The position numbers were made by a program, and so were the translations under genes. A DNA stretch of 64,000 nucleotides from Octopus vulgaris (Eukaryota): positions 2,790,001 to 2,854,000 of the forward strand of contig OX597829.1 of the NCBI GenBank assembly GCA_951406725.2. The letters are read 5' to 3'. Positions 53,670-64,000 of the stretch are shown in pieces. How positions within the stretch are numbered: the stretch's first letter is position 1; each line of letters opens with the position of its first letter. Under the pieces are notes generated by a model, which worked only from the letters and a program-made list of their open reading frames with translations, ran no database searches and was not told where the DNA came from.

Positions 53670-54072
53670 TTTTACTTATTTTATTTTATTTTTTTAATTT
53701 TATCTAGTTTCTGTTCACGAGCTGTGGCCATGCTGGGGCACCGCCATTTGGTGTTGCTACATGATTTTACTTCACGAATGCTTTTTAGCAATTGCCATTT
53801 GGTGCATGAGAGAGTTCGATGCAGCTGCCCTCATCTGCACCTCCTGCCGTGAAGTTGGTTCATCCGGGACACCTGACAGGAAGAAATGCAGTTTTATTTT
53901 AAAGACATCTGCATCCACTCCATGCAGGTCTCTCAGGTTCTTCGGGAGGATATTGAAGAGCTGTGGACTTCTGAAGCCCAGGCTATCACAGTATCTTGTC
54001 CTATATCTTGATGGCAAATTTGGAGTCCTTGGCACTATGCAGTGGCGCCCAGTTCTAGCATTTGTGTAACTC
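53670..54072 (-). mobile_element. CR1-like LINE 3' end with 3' UTR and A-rich tail
   Basis: SLGFRSPQLFNILPKNLR...FK.KL..FLSGVPDEP...SNSL, followed by the tail ggcggtgccccagcatggccacag. Confidence 0.85.
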
Positions 54073-54999
54073 TATCTTATCTTTCATTTATTTTATTATA
54101 TAAATTTTTTCTTCCCTTGCATACTTTATCTAAATTTATATATTATATATTTTACATACATTTATATTCTTCTTTACTTTTTATCTTCTTACTCTACCTT
54201 ATTTTTGTTATTTCATTTTATTTTATCTTTCCTTAACATCAATAATTCACTAGCTAAATACATACGCATAATATTTATATGATCTTACTTCTTAAACTTA
54301 CGTCCTTTCAAGAAATAGGTTAACCTTTGTTGTATAAGCTCATGAAGCCCTGATGAGATTCTGCCCCTCATAGTTGAAAATGATGACCAATGCTTAGAAT
54401 TACGAATTACCTAGGGGCATAAAGCGCAATATATATGTAGGTTTTGGCATCTGCCATTTCTTTTTTTTTTTAGTTTTATAATTTATTAGTATTGCTTTTT
54501 ATAAAAAAAAAAAAACTTCCAACTGCATATCATACAAATAAATTAATTATACATCCATAATTCTCCAATTTCCTTCTTTCATGTTATACACACACACGCA
54601 CATATAAAGTTGACTTTAATATTCCTTGATCCATTGTTGACGCGAAACAGTACCGAACCGTATCAAGGTTATCTTAAAATGATTAATCTATATTATATGC
54701 AATACGTACACACACACACGCACACACACACACACACACATACATCTCTACCATCTTCATTTCTTACATTAGTAATGTAAACTAATGTAAACTGTAATCA
54801 CATTTTCCTGAAGAAACGTATCCAATGTATTCATTATATACATTCCTATACTCTTTGATCCTTCAATCAATTTAATAATAGTATAATGTAATGCAATATA
54901 GTGTAATATACCCTTCTACTCCGCATTATTAAAGATTATGATTGCTATATGCAATTTGTCGCCGTTCTCATTAAATAGCATATTCGTATAATAATTATA

Positions 55000-55222
55000 T
55001 AAACATTGGCTTCAAAGTTTGACACAAGACCAACAATTTCGAGGAGAGGGGAAAGTGGATTACATCGACACCGTTGTCCAACTGCTACTTATTTTATCGA
55101 CCTCCAAAGAATGAAAGTCAAGGCTGGCCCCCAACGGCATTTGATCTCTCAATGTAAAGACGGAGAAAATGTCGCTAAGTATTTTGCTCGGCACAGTCAC
55201 GAGTCTGTCAGCTCGCCGTCTT
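55000..55222 (-). mobile_element. SINE family B, diverged
   Basis: tacttattttatcgacc...atgaaagtcaagg...cagctcgccg. Confidence 0.7.
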
Positions 55223-55589
55223 CAATAATTATATAAATATTGTAATTAAAAAATAAATACACAATTATAATTATATTATTTTACATTAAATTATATGATT
55301 ATATTTTAATTATATGATTATAATTATATGTATCTTTTAATTATATTATAATTATATTATTATTGTTGTTGTTGTTAAAATTATATGCCGCCAAATTGAC
55401 ACGTGAATAATTTTTTCCACTATTTCTTTTGTTTTCGTAGTTCTTTTAATATACTTTTTCAGTTTGAATATTTGTTGCAGTGATTACGGAAACATATGCA
55501 GACAACATCGTACACACATATGTAAGTTCAGCATTTGATGCATCCATATCTCCATGCACGAAAATATAGATATATGAGGGGCTCTCAAA

Positions 55590-56312
55590 AGTACATTATT
55601 TTCATTCGACGGTTATTTGACCTCACCTTGTTTGTTGTTAACACAACGTTTCATCAGATGTCTTGGGGTTCTTCATCAGAACCTGGGTTCTCATTCCTAA
55701 GGTATTATTATTAGCATTTTTATTATAGCTCAAGTCGAACTCGGAATCCTGGGGTTAGTATCCCGCGCTCTAAACCACTACGCCATATGCCCGTGGGCAA
55801 TTATGGAGTGAATTTTAGGGCTTATAAATCTAATAATTTCCTATCCTTCCTTAATACCGGTTTCATATGCTACTCATATCTGCACTCGGTCTGCCTAGGA
55901 GGTTGTTGTGTTCCAGCATATGTGCTGCTTCTTTTAGTTTTCGTATTTTCCAATGGTGTTCTCTGTCTATTATTTTGACTCCATCCCACAAGGGGAGGTG
56001 GTCTCCATTTTTCCATACATGATCAGCTATAGCTAATTTGTCAATATCTCCTCGTGTCACAGTTTTGCGATGTTCCTCTACCCTTATTTTGAGGGGGCGG
56101 CATGTTTCGCCTTTGTATAACCTACCACAGTTGCACGGGATGGAGTACACACAGTGTTTGGTCATATTCTCTTCTACATACAAAAGATATGCAGCCATAC
56201 AAAAGATACAAAAGTTATGCGGCCCATATGATATCAGGACAGTATTCAAGAGTGATACAACACTTTGCAAAGTATCTCCTTCGAGTAAAACCACCAATAG
56301 AAGAGATTCTGA
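55590..56312 (-). mobile_element. PLE 3' end: GIY-YIG endonuclease + terminal repeat, with inverted upstream segment
   Basis: CVYSIPCNCGRLYKGETCRPLKIRVEEH...AIADH...KLKEA. Hammerhead remnant acat-CTGAT-GAAA-CG-TT-gtgt at 55641-55661 (-). Confidence 0.88.
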
Positions 56313-56454
56313 CTCACAGCGTTCTTAATTCAAATACAGCCTAAATCGACTTTGCTTTTCCAGCCGCATGGTTCCAGGTTTAGTCCCATTTCGCAGCACC
56401 TACGACAAGTCCCTTCTACTACATGTGTGTATTTATATCTTTTTTTTACTTTTT

Positions 56455-56706
56455 CTACTTTTCTTACTTGGGGAACCGCCTTGAAGAATTTTTAGTCGAA
56501 CATATCGACGTCAACACTTGTTTTCTTTTAAAGTCTGGTACTTATAGTATTGGTCTCTCTCACCGAAATGCTAAGTTACGGGCATGTAGACATATCAAAA
56601 CCTGTTGCCAAGCGATGGTGAGAAACAAGCACAAACACAAAGACACATACATACTCACATACACACGCCCACACACACACACATACACACATACATACAT
56701 ACGCAC

Positions 56707-56741
<35 letters not shown>

Positions 56742-56900
56742 CGTGGGTGCATACGACGGGATTCTTTCAGTTTCCGTCTAACTAATCCACTCACAAGGCC
56801 TGAGGCTATAGTAGAAGACATTTGCCCAAGGTGCCATGAATTGAGAATGAACCTGGAACCATACGGTTGAGAAGCAAACTTCTTATCACACAGCCACACA
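56455..56900 (-). mobile_element. SINE family A, diverged
   Basis: acgacgggattctttcagtttccgtcta...gaggctatagtagaagaca. Confidence 0.85.
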
Positions 56901-56918
56901 TGTGTCTATATAATATAT

Positions 56919-56984
<66 letters not shown>

Positions 56985-57729
56985 ATATAAAATTATATAT
57001 ATATGTATATATATATATTGCAAGGACAATCCGAACACGGACAGGTGTTGCAAAGAGTGACCGGTAGAGCGGAAATGGCGTGAGACCGGGGTGTCATTGC
57101 CGAAGCGGATATCGTGAATCCGCAGTATTCGTGAATTGAAGTCAAGCTCTTCATATCTTCATTTTTCGTTACCTGAAGTCAGTTTCAGAGTGGTCGTACA
57201 CTAGAAGTATGTAGCAAATACATTCCTTAAACTCTACTTTTTCAAGTAAGTATTATACTGCATTTTTGAACGTAGCAATAATTCTTCTCTCTGAAAAAAT
57301 AGCTCCCTTATATTTTATTAATGTTCCAGTGATTTGAACTACTAATCGAAGTAAGTGCTATTTATCAGGAGGCTTATTATTCTATCCATTATTACGTAAA
57401 AGAAGATTTCGCTAGAATATCTTTAAAGTGAGAAAGGCTGCGTTAAATTGTCACAGATAACTTTTTCTGCCTTTATTCTTGAAGAAGTGCTTTCTAGAAG
57501 TACTGATAAATATAGCAGACTAAGTTAACTAAAAATAATCCAACGAATTTCTAAGTCTGCCTTTTCCCACCGAACTTTTAGATTTCTGAAAAAAACAGTT
57601 TACATTTTTTCTAAGTTGCTCGATGGAACCCTGGTCTTCTTTGAATCATTGCTCGCAATACAGCTGATCTATTTCTAGGCTTCTTATGGAAAATGGTAAT
57701 GATTTTTACCAATTATTAATGTGTTATTA

Positions 57730-57900
57730 ACGGTAGTGTCAAAAATGTTCTTTCCAGCATCAAAGAGTGTCTTTCTTATCAATGAGCAGTATCTGGTCAT
57801 CAGAAGATGGTTGAAGTGAGGTGCCATATTCCCTCGGACCCTGCAGTGTTTTAGGATCTTCATCGAAGGTCTTAATACACTTTTCCGTTAAAGAGACCCG
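57730..57900 (-). pseudogene. Possible RTE-type LINE linker fragment
   Basis: SSDDQILLIDKKDTL.CWKEHF resembles the ..IL.RW.EHF linker motif. Confidence 0.45.
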
Positions 57901-58026
57901 TTAGTTAGGCTGAATTACAAATTATTTTGCGATAATACTCAATTAGAAAGAGTAATATTATGCGGTGAATATTTAAATGAATGTATTTATACATGGACAA
58001 CAATTACATTCAGTTTGCTTGAGCTA

Positions 58027-58732
58027 CCAGGTTGAGTCAAAAGTGTTTTTCGGGTTTTCACTAATGATTTTTAGCAACTTGTATCTCCATGATATTTCAT
58101 AAATGTCATGAAACTTGTTTTACAATCTTTGCTGAACTGTTTATTCCTTATTTTCATGTATAACATATAAACATTGTCTATTCTTTGTTTTACAGATTCG
58201 AAAATGAGTAGTGAAAAAATAGCGACTAGAACCATTTTACGCCATAATTGGAAGAAAGGATTGAGTGCAAGGGCATCGACAAAAGAAATTGATGATGTGG
58301 AAGGCCCAGGAACCGACAACGAAAGTGTGGTACAAAACGGGTTCAGACGTTTCAAGGAAGATGACACGTACCTTGAAAACAGACCAAGATCAAAGACACC
58401 TGTTGTGGAATATAAAGCTTTCCTTGAAATGACTGAACAACAATCAAGCACAAACACTCTTAGAATTGTCGACAGAATTTGGTCTTTCACAAAGAACCAT
58501 TACTCGACACCTCCATAAACTTGACCTTGAGAATAGATGCAGTCGAGAACTGACCAACGATCAGGTTCAAGGATATATGAATATGGGCAAACGAATGGCA
58601 TAAGCGTGGAATTGAGCTTCTGGCACAACGATGGTAACAGACAGCAGAATATGACGGGATATATTTTGATTAACAAACGCCTTTCACATTTAATTTGTTT
58701 GAACTATGAACAAATTTTTTGATTCAACCTAG
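58027..58732 (+). mobile_element. Internally deleted mariner element with TIRs and TA TSD
   Basis: TA-ccaggttgagtcaaaa ... ttttgattcaacctag-TA. The 114-aa ORF is a mariner HTH (RTIL.HNWKKGLSARA..EI...G.GT.....Q..FRRFK.D....E.RPRS). Confidence 0.88.
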
Positions 58733-59056
58733 TACATCCGTTTAATATCTATTTTTTTCATCCTATAACCTAGTCACATTCTTACGTTGCAGGATCTTTT
58801 ATCTTCGTCTAAAAGAAAAACAGACATTCTTGCGTACCTATGTAACTTAATGTAACTTACTGTTTTTATGCGTGTGTATGCTTGTAGTAGGAGTTCGTGC
58901 TTGTTTGCACATGTGTGTGTGTGTGTGTGTCTATTGCGTTGCTCACTTGCATTATGTTTGAGCGTTTGTACACGAATAGATTTTTTTTGTGCCGGTCGTT
59001 CAGAAAAAACTGAACATTCATACGTCGTCTTCCATCATATACACGCGCGCGCACGC

Positions 59057-59097
<41 letters not shown>

Positions 59098-59115
59098 TAC
59101 ACACACACATACACA

Positions 59116-59155
<40 letters not shown>

Positions 59156-59715
59156 ACACTAAAACTCGAGAACTACCCAACCGATTTCATTCAAATTGTT
59201 GCACATGCCTGACTTAGGGTTAGTGCAGTGTCATGGGCCAAAGCATTTTCAATTTCCTGCCTAATGCAAGCCCGGAACAATCTCTTATCTCTTACAATAT
59301 TTCAGTATTACAAGTCAAAAGTGAAACAATAACATCTCTATTGTAATGTGAGATAATACTTTCAGTTTAATAAATAATATTTTTATAAACAAACCCGAAA
59401 GGCTTTGCGAGTTACGGAGAGAAAGCTTCTATGGAAGGCTCATAGTATCATTACTGTATAATAACTGTATATAATATACAGCATAATGATATTTATTCTC
59501 CAGTTTTAAAGCGACAATTTTTAAATATAAACAAATGACCGAAAAATGACGAGCTGACCTCAGGCTGAATCGAACCCACATATCGGTGCTTTCATGGCTC
59601 CTTGCGAATCTGATTAGTCAAAGGCTCATCTATCAATTTCAGTCAAATTTAATATATACTTAAACCGTCTTTATACTACATAAATAATATTTATATAAAC
59701 AAACCCGAAAGGCTT

Positions 59716-59911
59716 TGTGTGTGTTTGTGTGTGTGTGTGTGTGTGTTTGTGTGTGCGTGCGCGTGCGCGTGTGTGTGTGTGCATATTTATATACTGAGAA
59801 CGTATAAGTAGTTTGAGTATATATACATATATATATATGTGTGTGTGTATGTATATTTATATGTGTGTTTATATATGTACATATATGTATATATTTATCT
59901 ATCTAAATATG

Positions 59912-59946
<35 letters not shown>

Positions 59947-59961
59947 ACATATATATGTATG

Positions 59962-60033
<72 letters not shown>

Positions 60034-60133
60034 TGTATGTATGTATGTGTATATATGGATGTATATCTATAGATGTATATGTATATATGTATATATGTAT
60101 ATGTGTATATATATATATATATGTATGTATATA

Positions 60134-60175
<42 letters not shown>
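59716..60175. repeat. Compound (TG)n/(TA)n/(TATG)n microsatellite
   Basis: Visible. Confidence 0.95.
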
Positions 60176-60178
<3 letters not shown>

Positions 60179-60552
60179 CCAAACTGTAAAAAGTGACTTC
60201 GTGCTATTAATATAGCGTTGTGTGCATTAATAATTAACAATTTCTAATGATCAATTGCATCAATGTAGTTAAGTCGGAAATATCGCATTATTTTGTATTC
60301 ATAATTTACATCTTTATCTTTACCATTTCCATTTGTCTTCTGTATTTATATGTATACGTTTTTTTTTAAAAACTTCACATATAGTAGAAGACACTTGCCC
60401 AAGATGCCACACAGTGGAACTGAACCCGGAACCATGTGGTTGGTAGGCAAGCTACCTACCACACAGCCACTCCTGCGCCTATAAGTTACATACATTAATA
60501 TATACACACGCACATGGCTGTATATGCACATATATATTAATGTATGTAACTT

Positions 60553-60983
60553 GTAGGAGCAGGAGTGGCTGTGTGGTAGGTAGCTTGCCTACCAACCACA
60601 TGGTTCCGGGTTCAGCCCCACTGCGTGGCATCTTGGGCAAGTGTCTTCTGCTATAGCCTAGGGCCGACCAATGCCTTGTGAGTGGATTTGGTAGACGGAA
60701 ACTGAAAGAAGCCCGTCGTATATATGTATATATATATATATATGTATGTATGTGTGTGTATATGTTTTTTGTGTCTGTGTTTGTCCCACAAGCATTGCTT
60801 GACAACTGATGCTGGTGTGTTTACGTCCCCGTAACTTAGCGGTTCGGCAAAAGAGACCGATAGAATAAGTACTGGGTTTACAAAGAATAAGTCCCGAGGT
60901 CGATTTGCTCGACTAAAGGCGGTGCTCCAGCATGGCCACAGTCAAATGACTGAAACAAGTAAAAGAGTAAAAGAGTAAAGAGA
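60553..60983 (+). mobile_element. SINE family A, full length, with an inverted partial copy at 60381-60482
   Basis: All family A segments are present. Confidence 0.93.
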
Positions 60984-61066
60984 GAGTTATAAATGTGTAT
61001 ATGTCAGGCTTGTGCGCGCGCGAGTGCGTGCTTGTGTTTGTGTTTGTATGTGCGTGTGTGTGTGTT

Positions 61067-61124
<58 letters not shown>

Positions 61125-62179
61125 TGTGTGTGTGTGTGTGTGCATATGAATATACTGATAATGTATAAGTAGTTTGAGTACACACGCGCAGAAAAGCTAG
61201 CTTACACAATCAAGTTTCCTGAAAAGGGGGTCTTAACTCCGAAATATCAAAAAAAAAAAATTGAAATACAATTATTTTTTTATAACCCACATTGTTTGGG
61301 TTTTTTCACCAGTATAGATACATTTACTCTATATCACACAAGGCTCCATCTAAACTATACTGCCTTACTGTCTATGTATACCTATAATATATGTATAAGC
61401 ATGAAAAGTATTTTTCTAAAAATCAAGACCAAGCCTGTAAAATAACTTTGTCATTTGTTCCTAGCAATGTCCTTCACTTTAATAGTGAAATCTAATAGAT
61501 TGTTACCAGGATGAATAAGTCAATGTCAAGTATTTCCTTCCCCTGCCTCTGCATTTCCTTTTGCTTACAAATTCTATACGAAGCTTTTTTTCTGTACCTT
61601 CCGCTTTATCTATGCTTTTGTTCACCACTTTAATCCACTACTTCTACTCTATATCATTTACGACTATATATATAAAGAAAACTACATATTACTGAACACT
61701 GTTTTGATTAGTATATATCGACGAAAATTAAATATTAACATTTTCCTTTTAGAACCATTATTGCAATCTTTAATTCATGCATTTTTAAAATGTACATTAA
61801 TGCGCAAACATATCCAACAATCATTTATACATGCGTATATTTCATCATACATATTTGCCAAATAAACAAATGCACGATATATTCGTCCTTCATTTCAGGT
61901 TTATTATTGTTCTTGTTTTAGTGTCCTTTGTCTGAAGTCTTTTGTCTGAAATCTTTGGCCACACATCCTGTGATTCCTTCAGCGACTCTCCATCCTACAT
62001 GTCTTCTCTTGAAGTGAAGGACGTGTGTCTAGTTGGCAAATAATGCGCTTATCTATTTGGCAAAAAAATAATGACCATCCTGATATACACGTATAAAATT
62101 GAACGTCAGACTTCCATGATGGCATGAGTTGAATGGTTCGACAGGTTCCGACTTAGCAAGAGGACTACGTCGAGCCCCA

Positions 62180-63075
62180 GTATCCGTAAAGTGATTAATC
62201 ATAAATACTGCATGACCCGGTGATGACAGAGTATGGGAAAGAGAAGCAGAGAAAAGAGTCATATACGATGATTGGAAGTGAGAAATAAAAGGACTGCGGT
62301 CATTGAAGAAGCTGAGTGCTGTATATATTATTGTTGGGGCCTTGGGCACTATAAGTACCAACTTCACAAATTGGATTGAAAAGACAGGAGTAAATATGAA
62401 GATAGAGCATCTACAGGAAACAGTATTGTTTAGAACAGCACGGATCTTTCGCAGAGTTCTTGAAATCTGAATAATGAGTGTTACCTTAGTTCAGCACATC
62501 GTTAGAAAATGCCCGAAACCTGCAAAACGCGAATGCAAAAGAAGACATGACAATATAGCAAGAATGATCCATTGGCAACTCTATGGAAATCACGGCCCAT
62601 AAAGAGCAAAGACGTGGTATGAGCAAACGGCAGAAGGAGTCACCAAGAGTGAAGATTACAAAATCATGTGGGATGCAATTATTCAGTGTGATCACCTGAC
62701 CAGATATGGGAAACCGGTCATTGTTGTGGTGAATAAAAAAGAAAGAACATGTATGATAATTGACATAGCATGCTCCGGTGACAACAGGATCAAGGTGAAA
62801 GAAGAAGAAAACTGAACCACGACGATTTGAAATGGGAAGTACGAAGATTGTAGGCAACGAGAAGAGTTGACATGATACCAATAGTAACTGGCGCACTTGG
62901 AAGTATCAGCATGGCTCAAAAGGTTGGTACAAATGTAAAGGTAGAACACCTACAAAAATGAGTATTGCTTGGAACTGCAAGAATTCTCCACAGGATTCCT
63001 GAAGCATGACCAATAAAAAATGTGTCACCTTAATAGGCTGGCTGTGGACAGCAAATAAGCTGAGAATTTTCATCA

Positions 63076-63076
<1 letters not shown>
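62180..63076 (+). pseudogene. Two tandem R4/Dong-type 3' ends (RLE domains)
   Basis: IIVGALG...RTARIFRRVLE, then RRHDNIARMIHW..., KIMWD, IIDIACSGD, IPIVTGALG, LLGTARIL. Followed by (TAA)n at 63077-63129. Confidence 0.8.
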
Positions 63077-63129
<53 letters not shown>

Positions 63130-64000
63130 TTTCTTTCTTTTTCTTGACATTAGCACCCACATTTTCTACTACAACAATATTTTCTTCCTTGATCAAATTA
63201 TTTGTTTCTGAGCCTGCCGGATGCAACACTGTCACCATCAAGAGCTTCAGTTTCATTACCACCGTTATTTATAATATTTTGCTTTTTCATCGTCAGGCTG
63301 CGCAATTACCAGTGTTTTTATTGTAACACCAAAAGAAAAGACCCATGGTGGAAAAGAAGAATATAGGTAGGATTAGAAATGCTCTCGAAGGACATTTTTG
63401 TGTTAGACCGAAAGGAGAAGGGCGAGCATAAAAGCGAACAAAAATACAGGAAGTATGATATTGAAATAAATGGCCTTAAAATGGTAATGGAGGAACTGAA
63501 GCAGCGCCACGTTGCAAAGAAAGCAAAGATTGTAAGATACGACCAAATAATGAAGGGATACAAGTAGAATGGGTTATTCAGAGTAGATCAGAAGAGACTC
63601 TACATGGAAATAAGTAGAGAGTGTACAGATGAAAGGATGATACAAGATAACATTGAAAGTCAAAGATTTTGGAGTGACATCTGAAGCAAATACAAGGAGC
63701 ATAAGAAGGCTGTTGAATAGCTGCAAGAACTGAAACATGGAGTAGTCTGTCCAAAATAGCCAGAACTAGTCATTTCAGTTCGGGAAGTGAAGGAAATCAG
63801 CAAAAAAAAAATGGGCAACTGGAAGGTACCAAGACCCGATGGTGTTCAAAGTTACTGGATCAAAAGATTTGGTGAATGTCATACACGAATAGCTGCACAC
63901 CTTGTTATTTGCCGACCAAGTGACATCAGAATGGCTGACAATAGGTAGGACAGTACTGTGCTTGAAAAACATTGAAAAAGGAAATACAATAGACAATTAC
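63130..64000 (+). pseudogene. R4/Dong-type LINE N-terminal to RT start (runs off the window)
   Basis: PWWKRRI, EELKQR..AK.AKI.RY, FWSDI, NWKVPRPDGVQSYWIK, EWLTIGRTVL. Confidence 0.82.

Noticed and set aside
57018-57150. Possible LTR start (TG after TA repeat, GC-richer)
   Set aside because: No second LTR, PBS, PPT or TSD is identifiable.

Overview
This is a gene-free, repeat-saturated eukaryotic window. The tRNA-derived SINE families and the microsatellite load suggest a cephalopod (Octopus-like) genome, which is an inference. No intact host gene, rRNA, tRNA gene or CRISPR array is supported, and most of the ORF track is microsatellite translation. Recognisable content includes many decayed R4/Dong-type (RT + restriction-like endonuclease) LINEs sitting in (TAA)n tracts, L1/Tx1 and CR1-like LINE remnants, several Penelope-like element (PLE) RT and GIY-YIG fragments, Tc1/mariner, maT-like and Chapaev3-like transposase fossils, a complete non-autonomous Helitron, and several SINE families. 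There is also a ~6.5 kb array of ~42 x 156-bp units grown from inside one SINE, and a near-identical 3.25 kb tandem duplication. The main signal not visible in the ORF track is a set of about nine unrelated type I hammerhead-ribozyme motif families (CUGANGA...GAAA...NUH). They sit in non-coding fold-back, direct-repeat or short discrete elements mostly inserted in (TA)n tracts, i.e. a PLE pLTR/retrozyme-like system. Three copies look structurally intact (51505-51548 +, 52274-52339 -, 52532-52596 +).
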